64,000 bases of DNA from Dehalococcoidia bacterium. Lineage in GTDB: Bacteria > Chloroflexota > Dehalococcoidia > Lucifugimonadales > UBA3495. Location: positions 2,456-66,455 of the forward strand of contig CBDHDK010000002.1 in NCBI GenBank assembly GCA_965261355.1. Reading direction: 5' to 3'. Shown here piece after piece: positions 16,200-25,648 of the stretch. Position 1 is the stretch's first letter. Each line of letters starts with the position of its first letter. The translations under genes were made by a program, and so were the position numbers. Below the pieces are notes generated by a model. That model saw nothing but the letters and a program-made list of their open reading frames with translations, made no database searches and was not told the DNA's origin.

Positions 16200-18115
16200 A
16201 AATCTGGCCGGAAAGGGTTTGAGTCGCCGAGCATTTATAATTGGGGTCAACAAGAGTAGCGAGGGTTGAGAATGCTGGGAGAGCGTTCGGACCAGAGGGG
16301 TCTTTGGGAAGCGGACCGGTTGTACCTGGACCACGTGGGGAAGGACACCTTCTACGGTCTGCTGGCTTCCCTGCGGGGCCGGCTGTTCCAGGACTCCGAT
16401 TTCGCGGTGTTCTACTGCGCTGACAACGGCCGGGACAGCGTGCCGCCCAGCCTGCTGGCCACGGCGCTGCTGTTGCAGACCCACGACAAGGTGAGCGACG
16501 CCGAGGCCAAGGCCCGGGCCGACTTCGACATCCGCTGGAAGGTGGCTCTGGGGATTGAGGTGGAGGACAGGCCCTTCGCCAAAAGCACGCTCCAGGTGTT
16601 CCGGGCCCAGCTGATCCTGCACGACAGGGTGCGGGAGGTATTCGAGTCCAGCGTGCGCCTCGCCCGGGAGTCGGGCTACCTGAAGAGGCGCAGCATGAAG
16701 GTGGCTCTGGACACGACCAACATCCTGGGCCGGGGCGCGGTGAGGGACACCTACAATCTGCTGGCCGACGGGATCGTCAAACTGATGCGGGCGCTGGCGC
16801 AGGTTGAGGGAATCAGCGTCGGGAAATGGGCCAAGGCCCGGGGATACGGGCGGTACCTCGCCTCCAGCATCAAGGGAGAGGCGACCATCGACTGGTCGGA
16901 CAAGCGGGCGCGGACGGCACTGCTGGCGGGGATTGTGGGAGACGCGGACCGGCTCTTGGAATTATCGCGGCTGGCCCAGGGGGAGTTGCCCGAGGACGGT
17001 GCTGAGCGTCAGCAGATAGTGGCGGCGGCGGAACTGCTGGGGCAGTTGCTGCTCCAGGACATTGAGCGCAAGGGTGGCGACGGCGACGGCGACGGCGATG
17101 ACGGCGTGAGCCTCAAGGACGGGGTGAGCAAGGACCGGATGATGTCGGTGCACGACCCTGAGATGCGCCACGGGCACAAGAGCAGCAGGAGACGCTTCGA
17201 CGGACACAAGGCGGCGATTGTGGTTGACACCGACACCCAGCTGATCACCGCCGTGGAGGTACTGCCGGGCAACGCTCCGGACAACCTGGGGGCGCTGGAA
17301 CTGGTAGAACAGAGCGAGGCCAACACCGGTGTGCCGGTGCAGGAGGCCATGGGCGACGCCGCCTATGGAGACGGAGCTACCAGGCAGACCTTCGCCGACG
17401 CGGGCCGCACCCTGATTGCCCGGGTGCCGGGACGGCCCGACCGGCAGCGCTTTCCCAAGAATGACTTTGTCATCGACCTGGTGGCGGGCAGTTGCACCTG
17501 TCCGGCAGGGCAGGTCACCCACACCATAGTGCCAGCGGGACGGCGTACGGATGCCGCGGGTCGGATACACCACTTGCAGGCCTTCCAGTTCGACGGGTCC
17601 GAATGTATGACATGTCCCCTGCGGTCTCAGTGCATCTCGGCCAAGGGCAGGAAGGGACGGCGGGTGCTGATCCATCCCCAGGAGGCTCTCCTGCAACAGG
17701 CCCGTGCGTTGCAACAGAGCGCCGGGTATGACGAATATCGAGCGCGACGCGTGGTGGTCGAGCACAGATTGGCCCGACTGGTCCAGTTGGGCATTCGCCA
17801 GTCCCGCTACTTCGGACGCGCCAAGACGCGATTCCAGCTGTACCTAGCGGCTACAGTGGCCAACCTGACCCTGGTGGCGGGCAAAATCGAGCTGTCGGAC
17901 AGTGTCGGCGGTGGGCTTCCGCGCCACCGCGCCGTCCTCAGTGCCGTCCCCAGTGCCGTCCCCAGTGATGTCCAGGCTGTTTCCCACGGTGTGGTCGCCC
18001 ATGCTACGGCCATTTTCGGCGCTGTCCGGCTCGGACTGCTGTGGTCCCAGATTCTGTTCGCCCCGGCTTTACTGCCGAAATCTCTCTCCCCATCCAGGGC
18101 TTTTCGGCCCGGCTT
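16200..18115 (+). mobile_element. IS1182/IS5-superfamily-like insertion inside IS1380 copy 1
   Basis: Flanked by CTAG at 16196-99 and 18116-19; the uninterrupted copy has CTGG at this site. The ends are imperfect inverted repeats (AAATCTGGCCGGAAAGGG.. / ..GGGCTTTTCGGCCCGGCTT). Confidence 0.7.
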
Positions 18116-18119
18116 CTAG
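16266..18119 (+). CDS. IS1182-like (IS5 superfamily) DDE transposase
   Basis: 617-aa ORF. The N-terminal region ..FYCADNGRDSVPPSLLATALLLQTHDKVSDAEA..DIRWKVALG.. is typical of the DUF772-type transposase N-domain. The stop codon is the TAG of the CTAG duplication. Confidence 0.65.
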   Translation: MRMLGERSDQRGLWEADRLYLDHVGKDTFYGLLASLRGRLFQDSDFAVFYCADNGRDSVPPSLLATALLLQTHDKVSDAEAKARADFDIRWKVALGIEVEDRPFAKSTLQVFRAQLILHDRVREVFESSVRLARESGYLKRRSMKVALDTTNILGRGAVRDTYNLLADGIVKLMRALAQVEGISVGKWAKARGYGRYLASSIKGEATIDWSDKRARTALLAGIVGDADRLLELSRLAQGELPEDGAERQQIVAAAELLGQLLLQDIERKGGDGDGDGDDGVSLKDGVSKDRMMSVHDPEMRHGHKSSRRRFDGHKAAIVVDTDTQLITAVEVLPGNAPDNLGALELVEQSEANTGVPVQEAMGDAAYGDGATRQTFADAGRTLIARVPGRPDRQRFPKNDFVIDLVAGSCTCPAGQVTHTIVPAGRRTDAAGRIHHLQAFQFDGSECMTCPLRSQCISAKGRKGRRVLIHPQEALLQQARALQQSAGYDEYRARRVVVEHRLARLVQLGIRQSRYFGRAKTRFQLYLAATVANLTLVAGKIELSDSVGGGLPRHRAVLSAVPSAVPSDVQAVSHGVVAHATAIFGAVRLGLLWSQILFAPALLPKSLSPSRAFRPGF

Positions 18120-18303
18120 GCACCTTCCTGCGCAGCTTCCGGTGGGGCCATGTCCGCCAGCTGGACCGGGTGAGCCGTGAGCTGCTGGCGCGGGCCTAGG
18201 CCACTGGGGCCGGACCCGGTGACGGGCCGTTGACCATAGACCTGGACTCCACCATCTGCGAGACCTCCCCACTAACCAACGTCGTCACGCGGCAATTGGC
18301 GCG

Positions 18304-19695
18304 TCAGGGGGGGGCGTAGGTTGTGTGTTCCGGAGCATCGGGGATGGGCACCAGCAAATAGCCCAGTTGCGCCGCCCGCCGCTTTGCCGCGCGCAACGCC
18401 CGCTGCTGATATCGGCGTTCGTAGTATTCGGCCCCGGCGTCCACGTACTCTTGACCGTAGCGCAGCATGGAATAGAAGATGCGAGCCAGCTTGTGGGCCG
18501 TGGCGGTGATGGCCTTGGGCCCGCCCATCTGTGCCTTCTTCCGGCGCAGGAAGGCGCCCAGGGCGCTGTCGGAGCGGTGCAGAGCGTTGGCCGCCAGACG
18601 TAAGGCCGCCGCCGCACGGTTGGCGCTGGGCTTGGTCTTGGAGCTCATGACCTTGCCGCCGGTGATGCGGTTGTTCGGGCTCAGCCCCAACCAGGACGCA
18701 AAGTGCTTCGCACTCGGCCATTTCGTCATGTCGGCGCCAATCTCACTCACCACCTTGAGCGCGGTGTAGGCATCCACACCGTCGATCTGGGTCAGGTCAA
18801 CCCCCGTCATACGGTACAGGTGCGTCCAAACGTCGAAGCGTGGCGCGTTTCCTTTGCTGCGTCTCCGGCCGGACTTCGCCGCCGGAGGATCACCATTGCT
18901 GCGGTCCTCGAAACGCTCCAACTGGGCTTCAATCTCCCGGTCGCACTCGGCAATCTTATCCTGATAGAACCGGTACAGCTCCAGGGCTTGGTTCAGCTCG
19001 AAGATGTGCTCCTCCCGCCAGTGCCCCTGCAGCGACTTGGCGATGGTTGCCTCGTCGGCTTTGATCCTGGGATCGCGCAATTGCGCCAGTTGTCGCGGGT
19101 CCCGTTGGCCGTCCACGATGGCCTCGATGATGTCCAGGCCGGTCTTGCCGGTGATATCGCTGATGACGTGGTGGAGCTTCACGTTCATCTGGGTCAGCGC
19201 CTTCTGCATATGCTGGATATGGTGGGATGCGTACTGCACCAGCATGACCCGCTGCCGCAGGTAGCTGCGTAAGCGTCGGATCTCCCCGTCGGGCCGGAAA
19301 GCCCCCGAGAGCAGGCCGTAGGTGTGCAGCTGCTGCAGCCACTGGCAGTCCAGCACGTCGGTCTTGCGGCCGGGCACGTTCTTGATGCGCCGGGGGTCCA
19401 CCAGCATCACCTGGAAGCCCCGTTCTTCCAGCACCCCGAACAGCGGTATCCAGTACACGCCGGTGGACTCCATGACCACGGTCTCCACACCACACTCGGT
19501 CAGCCAGTCCGCCAAACGGTACAGGTCCGCCGTGAAAGCCTCGAACTCTCGCACCGGCTGCTCCGCCCGGTCGGCGGGCACCGCCACATAGTGGCTGGTA
19601 GCGCCCACGTCGATGCCCGCCGCGTTCAGGTTCAGCTGGGACAGCCCTTCCGGTTTTGCCCCGCTCTGGCGTCTGCTCATCATCGCCTCTGCCAT
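18304..19695 (-). CDS. IS110-family DEDD transposase/recombinase
   Basis: ..NAAGIDVGATSHYVAVP..VVMESTGVYWIPLF..LVDPRRIKNVPGRKTDVLDCQWLQ.. and the C-terminal ..SWLGLSPNNRITGGK... The start is uncertain (ATG at 19695, 19683 or 19680; track start 19881). Confidence 0.85.
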   Translation of the reverse strand: MAEAMMSRRQSGAKPEGLSQLNLNAAGIDVGATSHYVAVPADRAEQPVREFEAFTADLYRLADWLTECGVETVVMESTGVYWIPLFGVLEERGFQVMLVDPRRIKNVPGRKTDVLDCQWLQQLHTYGLLSGAFRPDGEIRRLRSYLRQRVMLVQYASHHIQHMQKALTQMNVKLHHVISDITGKTGLDIIEAIVDGQRDPRQLAQLRDPRIKADEATIAKSLQGHWREEHIFELNQALELYRFYQDKIAECDREIEAQLERFEDRSNGDPPAAKSGRRRSKGNAPRFDVWTHLYRMTGVDLTQIDGVDAYTALKVVSEIGADMTKWPSAKHFASWLGLSPNNRITGGKVMSSKTKPSANRAAAALRLAANALHRSDSALGAFLRRKKAQMGGPKAITATAHKLARIFYSMLRYGQEYVDAGAEYYERRYQQRALRAAKRRAAQLGYLLVPIPDAPEHTTYAPP

Positions 19696-19940
19696 TGCCG
19701 TGTAGGCGTGTCGCCGGAGGGAGCCGCGGACTGTAGCCACTCTCCCCAACGGGATCGCCCCGATCGGGGCTTCACCAATGATGCCGTCGTAAGGCTCCCG
19801 GACCATGCTACGGGTCGGGCAATACGCACCAGAGTCTGCTCGGTCTTTGTCCGGACGACACGCCTCGCCATGAGCATACATCCTTGGGCCGACTCACCAG
19901 TTAGTCGCCTCTGCACAGGCCGGACAAGGCCATAATATTG
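19696..19940 (-). ncRNA. candidate bridge-RNA-encoding left end of the IS110-like element
   Basis: A ~245-nt non-coding stretch 5' of the recombinase, as in IS110-group elements. It contains internal copies of both insertion junctions (TGCTACGGG at 19806-14; CTCCCCA at 19742-48) and a GCCCCGATCGGGGC palindrome (19757-70). No structure model was run. Confidence 0.35.
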
Positions 19941-21155
19941 CTACGGGCTGGCCAAGGAGGGGGCGCGCCACCACGGCTACACCGGCCAGCGGGGCTATCA
20001 CCCGCTGCTGGCCGTCGCCGCCGGCACCGGCGACGTGCTGATGGTCCGGCTCAGAGAGGGCCGCGCCAATACCGCTCGGGGCGCCGCTCACTTCCTGCGT
20101 GAGACGGTGGGACGGGTGCGCTACGCCGGGGCCAAAGGACAACTCACGATGCGGGCCGACAGCGGCTTCTACACCCACGCCATCGTCGCGGTCTGCCGCA
20201 AGCTGGATGTCCGTTTCTCCATCACCGTTCGGCAGCACGCCAGCCTGCGGAACCTCATCGAGGCCATACCGGAGGCGGACTGGACGCCGGTCCCCTACTG
20301 GACGGACGGCGCCGCCGACGTGGCGGAGACCAGCTACACCCCCTTCCAGAGTGAGCCCGGCGCCGCACCGGTGCGGCTCATAGTCCGGCGGGTGAAGCCC
20401 ACGCCTGGCTCTCAACTGGCCCTGTTGGCCACCTACAGCTATCACGCCTTCATCACCGACCGGGATGGCGACACCCTGGATCTCGAGGCAGACCATCGCC
20501 GCCACGCCGAGATCGAGAATGCCATTCGCGACCTCAAGTACGGCGTGGGTCTCAACCATCTCCCGTCCGGCCGTTTCGCCGCCAACGGCGCTTGGCTGGC
20601 GGTCCAGGCGATTGCTCACAACCTGGCGCGCTGGACGGCGCGCATCGGTCTGGGCGAGCAGGTGGTGACCACCAAGACCCTGCGGCGGCGATTCTTCTCC
20701 CTCGCCGGTCGGCTCACCCGCTCGGCGCGCCGCCTGACCCTGCATTTGCCTCGGCGCTGGCCTTGGGAGGAGGCCCAGTTCACTGGCGCCCTGACCCGAT
20801 TGCGCACCCTGCCGCTTCCCTCCTGACCGTGGCGCCGGCAACCGGCCCACCATCCTCGCCCTCATCCACCAGCCAGTCGAAGATCTCTCCCACTCGCGCC
20901 GCACGAATCGGCCAGCGAGAGTTCCTTGCTGCCTTCGGCCACCTCATGAGCGGCTCCTCTCACCGCCAACAGACCTGCTACTGGCTCCGCCCGCCCCATA
21001 TCCGCCGGGACGGTCCCTTCCCCATCCCTGTGATGCCCTGTTCCACCGCCCTCCCCACTCCGTTCGGTGGATTGGGGCTTAAATGGCGGGCGAACGAAGG
21101 GTAACGGAGGCGACGGAAGGGGCGGCAGGAAGGTGTCGGGCGAAAGGACGGTGAG

Positions 21156-21617
21156 TCAGCGGGCGGGGGCGTTACGGGAGATGGCTTCCTCCAGGGCGGT
21201 CCAGGGCAGGAGGGCGCACTTGATACGGACGGGGTACTGCTTGACGACACCAAGGGCGTAGAGGTCGCCGAGCTCGGACGAGGGGGCCGATCGGCCGGGA
21301 CCGGGTCGGAGGAAGGAACGGAAGCGGGCGGAGAGGGCCTCCACTTCCGGGACAGTCCTGCCCTTCACGGCCTCGGACATCATGGAGGCGGATGCCTGGA
21401 TGATGGAGCAGCCCTCGCTGTGGGCGCTGACACCGTCGACAGCACCGTCATCGTCAAGGCGCAGCTTAAGGTCGATTGAGTCTCCGCAGAAGGGGTTCAA
21501 CTCGTAGGCGGAGAGGGTGGGATCGGCCAATGGATCGCGGTTCCGCGGGGTGCGGTAGTGATCCATTATCATCTGGCCGTAGAGGCCGTCGAAGACTGGG
21601 CCGGACTGTTGGGTCAT
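21156..21617 (-). CDS. second SufU/IscU-like Fe-S scaffold paralog
   Basis: MTQQSGPVFDGLYGQMIMDHYRTPRNRDPL..NPFCGDSIDLKLRLD..GCSIIQASASMMSEAVKG..YPVRIKCALLPW. The ATG at 21617 lies within the longer track ORF. Confidence 0.75.
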   Translation of the reverse strand: MTQQSGPVFDGLYGQMIMDHYRTPRNRDPLADPTLSAYELNPFCGDSIDLKLRLDDDGAVDGVSAHSEGCSIIQASASMMSEAVKGRTVPEVEALSARFRSFLRPGPGRSAPSSELGDLYALGVVKQYPVRIKCALLPWTALEEAISRNAPAR

Positions 21618-21690
21618 GGCATTCGGGGTCCCGGTTAGCGTCGAGTTGCCGACCGGAGTGTAACAGAAATGCAGGAGACGGGGATCAGGT

Positions 21691-22140
21691 TCACTCCGTT
21701 GTGATCGTGTCGCCTTCGCCGTCGAGGGCGGAGCGCATAGTGTGCCAAGCGAGGACGGCGCACTTGATGCGGGTGGGGTACTCATTGACGCCGGAGAGGG
21801 TCTCGAGGTCGCCGAGGGTGTCGAAGTCGAGTTCAGCACCCGGGTGGGTGAGCATGTCGTGGAAGGCTTCGAAGACCACATGGGCTTCCTCGAGGCTCTT
21901 GCCCTTGATGCTCTGGGTCATCATGGAGGCTGAGGCGCGGGAGATGGCGCAGCCGACGCCCTGGAATCCGACGTCCTCAACGACGTCGTCGACGACCTTG
22001 AGGTAGAGGGTAATCTGGTCGCCACAGAGGGGGTTGTAGCCCTCGGCGGTGGAGCTGGCGTCTTCCACGCGCCGGAAGTTGCGGGGTTTGCTGTTGTGCT
22101 CGAGGAGGATTTCCTGGTAGAGGTCGCTGAGTCCCGACAT
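21691..22140 (-). CDS. sufU: SUF-system Fe-S cluster scaffold SufU
   Basis: ..LLEHNSKPRNFRRVE..NPLCGDQITLYLKV..GCAISRASASMMTQSIKG..YPTRIKCAVLAW. Overlaps the sufS stop by 1 nt. Confidence 0.9.
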   Translation of the reverse strand: MSGLSDLYQEILLEHNSKPRNFRRVEDASSTAEGYNPLCGDQITLYLKVVDDVVEDVGFQGVGCAISRASASMMTQSIKGKSLEEAHVVFEAFHDMLTHPGAELDFDTLGDLETLSGVNEYPTRIKCAVLAWHTMRSALDGEGDTITTE

Positions 22141-23366
22141 TAACTGAACACCTCTATGACGCGGTCAATGGCACGGACCAAGGCGTCGATGTCATCCTTC
22201 GTATTGTACATAGCCATGGAAGCGCGGGCGGTTGCGGGGATCTGGAAGCGCTGCATCACGGGCTGGGCGCAGTGATGGCCGGTGCGGACTGCGACGCCTT
22301 CAGCGTCGAGGATGGTGCCGATGTCGTGGGGGTGGATGTTCTCGATAACGAAAGAGAGGATGCCGGCCTTGTGGGGCGAAGTACCGATAATGCGCAAGCC
22401 GCCGATCTGCTCCAAGGCCTTGGTGCCGTAGTCAAGCAGTTCATCCTCGTAGGCTCCGAAGGCGTCGTAGCCTACGGACTGCACGTAATCGACGGCCGCG
22501 CCGAGGCCGATGGCGCCGGCGATGTTGGGGGTGCCGGCCTCGAATTTGTAGGGCAGGTCGTTGTATATAGTCTTCTCGAAGGTTACCGACTTGATCATCT
22601 CGCCGCCGCCATGCACCGGCGGCATGGCGTCCAGCAGTTCGGCCTTACCGTAGAGGACGCCGATTCCGGTGGGGCCGAAGAGCTTGTGGCCGGAAAAGAC
22701 GTAAAAATCGCAGTCCAGCTTTCGGACGTCCACTGGCAGGTGAGGCACGGCCTGGGCGCCGTCCAGCATAACGGGAACGCCCTGGGCGTGAGCCATGCCG
22801 ATGATTTCCTCCACAGGCAGTATGGTGCCGAGAGCGTTGGAGACATGGGTGATGGACACCAGCTTGGTGCGCGGCGACAGCATACGCTCGTATTCGTCCA
22901 TCATCAGTTCGCCAGCGTCGTCGATGGGGACGACCTTGAGGACGATGCCCTTTTCCTCACGGAGCATCTGCCAAGGGACTATGTTGGAGTGGTGCTCCAT
23001 GTTGGAGACGATTACCTCGTCGCCGGGGCCGAGGGTCTGCTTCCCGAAGGCCTGGGCGACGATGTTGATGCTGTCGGTGGTGCCACGGGTGAAGATGATT
23101 TCGTGATCATCTGCGGCGTTGAGCAGCCGGCGCAGCTTGGCTCGCGCGCCCTCGTAGTCGTCGGTAGCAAGCTGGCTGAGGGTGTGGACGCCGCGATGCA
23201 CGTTGGCGTTTTCGGTGGTGTAGTAGCGCACCAACTCGTCAATGACGGATTGGGGTTTCTGAGAGGTTGCACCGTTGTCGAGGTAGACAAGCGGCTTGCC
23301 GTTGACCTGCTGTTGCAGGATGGGGAAGTCGGCCCGCACTCTTTCGGCATCAAAACCCGTGGGCAT
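22140..23366 (-). CDS. sufS: cysteine desulfurase SufS
   Basis: 408 aa. ..[25 protein letters not shown].., ..[17 protein letters not shown].., ..[10 protein letters not shown].. Confidence 0.95.
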   Translation of the reverse strand: MPTGFDAERVRADFPILQQQVNGKPLVYLDNGATSQKPQSVIDELVRYYTTENANVHRGVHTLSQLATDDYEGARAKLRRLLNAADDHEIIFTRGTTDSINIVAQAFGKQTLGPGDEVIVSNMEHHSNIVPWQMLREEKGIVLKVVPIDDAGELMMDEYERMLSPRTKLVSITHVSNALGTILPVEEIIGMAHAQGVPVMLDGAQAVPHLPVDVRKLDCDFYVFSGHKLFGPTGIGVLYGKAELLDAMPPVHGGGEMIKSVTFEKTIYNDLPYKFEAGTPNIAGAIGLGAAVDYVQSVGYDAFGAYEDELLDYGTKALEQIGGLRIIGTSPHKAGILSFVIENIHPHDIGTILDAEGVAVRTGHHCAQPVMQRFQIPATARASMAMYNTKDDIDALVRAIDRVIEVFS

Positions 23367-23396
23367 TTGAGCTATCTCCTGAATCTGCCGGTCTCC

Positions 23397-24656
23397 CTAG
23401 ACAAAAGCGACCGGAAGGCTTTTCACGGCAATGGAACGGTCAAAGAGGGACTCGAGGTAATTGCGAAGTGACTCGGGCTTGACGGTATCGACGATTTCTC
23501 TGGCGAAGGCCTGCACCAGCATCCGGCTGGCGGTCTCGAGGTCGAGGCCGCGGCTGCGCAGGTAGAACAAGGTCTGGGCGTCAATCTGGCCGGCGGTGGC
23601 CCCGTGGCTGCACTGAACGTCATCGGCGTAGATAAGCAGGCTGGGCTTGCTGTCGACTTCGGCGTCCTCAGAGAGCAGCAGGTTCTTGTCGGTCTGCTGG
23701 GCGTCGCTCTTCTGAGCGTTGCGACGGACAACCACCTCGCCTCCAAAGACGGCACGGGAGTTACCGTCGAGGATGCCCTTGTAGTTCAGGCGACTGGTGC
23801 AGTGGGGCTGGGCGTGGTCGATGCTTATGAGGTTGTCGATGTGCTGCCCCTGCCCGGTGTAGTAGAGACCGTTGAGGGAGCAGAAAGCGCCGGGACCGTC
23901 GAGGGTGACGGAGAAGTCGTTGCGAGCCAGGGCGGTGCCCAAGGCGAAGGATGCAGAGCTGAAACTGCTGTCTTTCGCCTGGTGGACGCGGGTGGTGCCG
24001 ACGTGGAAGGCGTCGGGGTTTTCGTGAAGCAGGCGATAGTGGTCGACGCGAGCGCCGTCGGCCAGCACGATTTCGGTGACGGCGTTGGTGAAGTAGCGCG
24101 GGCCGTCGGGGCCGGTGTAGGTCTCGACAACCGTGAGGTTGGCGTTGCGGCCCGCGATGATGAGCGTGCGGGGGTGGCGCGCGAATTGCTGGCCGGCGTC
24201 GGGGCTGGCCGGGCCGGTGTGGTTGACGGAAACGGTGACAGGCTCGTCGCTGCCGTCGGGGATGCGTACGACGGCCACGTCGCAGAGGAAGGAGGTGTTG
24301 AGGGCGACGAAGCCGTCGTCCTCGAGGGGGGCGATGCTGCCGAGATGGTGGCGCACTTCCCCTTCTTCATCAAACGCCGAGAGCGCCGAGACCGCAGAGA
24401 AGCCGAAGTCCAACTCCGGGCTGCCCGAGTTCTCTGGTTCAGCGTGAGGGGAAGCGAAGTTGACGCGGGAGATGGGCAGTACGCTGGTGTACTTCCAGCG
24501 CTCATTGCCGCGGCGGGCGGTGGGGAAACCGATCTCGTTGAAGCGCTCCCAGCCGGCAGCGCGCAGGTCGTTCAGCCACGCCGGGGCGGTATTACCGGCG
24601 ACGAGGGCCAAGTGGTCTTCGTAGTATTGGGGGTGGCGGATAGTTTGGGTTGTCAT
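23397..24656 (-). CDS. sufD: Fe-S cluster assembly protein SufD
   Basis: 419 aa. C-terminal ..LSEDAEVDSKPSLLIYADDVQCSHGATAGQID..LFYLRSRGL... Position between sufC and sufS. Confidence 0.9.
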   Translation of the reverse strand: MTTQTIRHPQYYEDHLALVAGNTAPAWLNDLRAAGWERFNEIGFPTARRGNERWKYTSVLPISRVNFASPHAEPENSGSPELDFGFSAVSALSAFDEEGEVRHHLGSIAPLEDDGFVALNTSFLCDVAVVRIPDGSDEPVTVSVNHTGPASPDAGQQFARHPRTLIIAGRNANLTVVETYTGPDGPRYFTNAVTEIVLADGARVDHYRLLHENPDAFHVGTTRVHQAKDSSFSSASFALGTALARNDFSVTLDGPGAFCSLNGLYYTGQGQHIDNLISIDHAQPHCTSRLNYKGILDGNSRAVFGGEVVVRRNAQKSDAQQTDKNLLLSEDAEVDSKPSLLIYADDVQCSHGATAGQIDAQTLFYLRSRGLDLETASRMLVQAFAREIVDTVKPESLRNYLESLFDRSIAVKSLPVAFV

Positions 24657-24657
24657 C

Positions 24658-25437
24658 TTATTGCTTGCTGGACTCCACTTCTTCGCGAACCCAGTCGTAG
24701 CCTTTTTCTTCCAGCTCGAGGGCTAGTTCCGGGCCGCCGGAGCGTACTATGCGGCCATCGACGAGGACGTGGACGTGGTCGGGGCGGACGTAGTTCAGCA
24801 TGCGCTGGTAGTGGGTTACGAGGACCATGGCGTTTTCGTCGGAGCGCAGCCTGTTGACGCCGTCGGAGACGATGCGGAGAGCGTCGATATCGAGCCCGGA
24901 GTCGGTCTCGTCGAGCAGGGCCAAGCGGGGTTCTAGGACGGCCATCTGGAGGATTTCGTTGCGCTTCTTCTCACCACCGGAGAAACCCTCGTTGACGGCG
25001 CGGCGGACCAGCTCAGGGTCTATCTCGACCGCCTTTACCTTCTCGTCGAGAAGGCGCTGGAACTCGCGGGCCGAGAGCTCTTCTTCGCCGTTGTGAACGC
25101 GACGGGCGTCGACACCAGCCTTGAGGAACTGCCAAGCGCGGACGCCGGGGAGCTCAACCGGGTACTGGAAGGCGAGGAACACGCCCATGCGGGCGCGGAT
25201 TTCGGGTTCCAGGGACAGGAGGTTTTCGCCGTCGTAGATAGCCTCCCCGCCGGTGACGGTGTAGTCGGGGCGGCCAGCGAGGACGTTGGCGAGAGTGCTC
25301 TTGCCGGAGCCGTTGGGGCCCATGATGGCGTGGACTTCGCCGGCGTAGACTTCGAGGTTGACGCCGTTCAGGATTTTGAGGTCGCCCGCCGAGGCGCAGA
25401 GGCCGCGGACGGAGAGGAGGGGACTGTTGTTGGTCAT
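24658..25437 (-). CDS. sufC: Fe-S cluster assembly ATPase SufC
   Basis: ..IMGPNGSGKSTL.. Walker A, ..FSGGEKKRNEILQMAVLEPRLALLDETDSGLD.. Confidence 0.95.
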   Translation of the reverse strand: MTNNSPLLSVRGLCASAGDLKILNGVNLEVYAGEVHAIMGPNGSGKSTLANVLAGRPDYTVTGGEAIYDGENLLSLEPEIRARMGVFLAFQYPVELPGVRAWQFLKAGVDARRVHNGEEELSAREFQRLLDEKVKAVEIDPELVRRAVNEGFSGGEKKRNEILQMAVLEPRLALLDETDSGLDIDALRIVSDGVNRLRSDENAMVLVTHYQRMLNYVRPDHVHVLVDGRIVRSGGPELALELEEKGYDWVREEVESSKQ

Positions 25438-25648
25438 TGTCGCATCCGATTCTAGTCTAGGAGGTCAGTTTTCGAGTGGGTCTTATGGTCGAGCACTCTT
25501 TGAGACCGGGATGGAGTCACTCGGTGCAATGAGTGATTACAGTTTGTTCCTGTACCTCAAGTATGCCCAAACTTATTCTTCTTCGGGGCGAGACCAGCCC
25601 TTAACGAACGGAGATACGGCGCGGCGATCGGTTACGTGGGTTGCCCGG

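Larger units (their letters stand above)
18267..19940 (-). mobile_element. IS110-family insertion inside IS1380 copy 1
   Basis: The boundary was found by comparison with the intact copy: GAGAC-CT-ACGG becomes GAGAC-CT-[1674 bp]-CT-ACGG. There are no TIRs and no long TSD. A long non-coding end lies 5' of the gene and only 37 nt lie 3' of it. Confidence 0.8.
15902..20826 (+). pseudogene. IS1380-family transposase gene in three pieces (15902-16199, 18120-18266, 19942-20826)
   Basis: The pieces align end-to-end with the intact 457-aa protein of 55733..57106: ..KAPSTL | GTFLRSFRWGHVRQLDRV..DSTICET | YGLAKEGARHHGY... The middle piece also has TGG to TAG (LLARA*A versus LLARAWA). Confidence 0.85.
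15782..21077 (+). mobile_element. IS1380-like element, copy 1, carrying two nested IS insertions
   Basis: Terminal IRs are CCCCAATCCACCGAA (15782) and TTCGGTGGATTGGGG (ending at 21077). The flanking pentamers GTTAG / CTTAA match only partially. The element is collinear with the intact copy at 55486..57180 apart from the two insertions. Confidence 0.8.
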
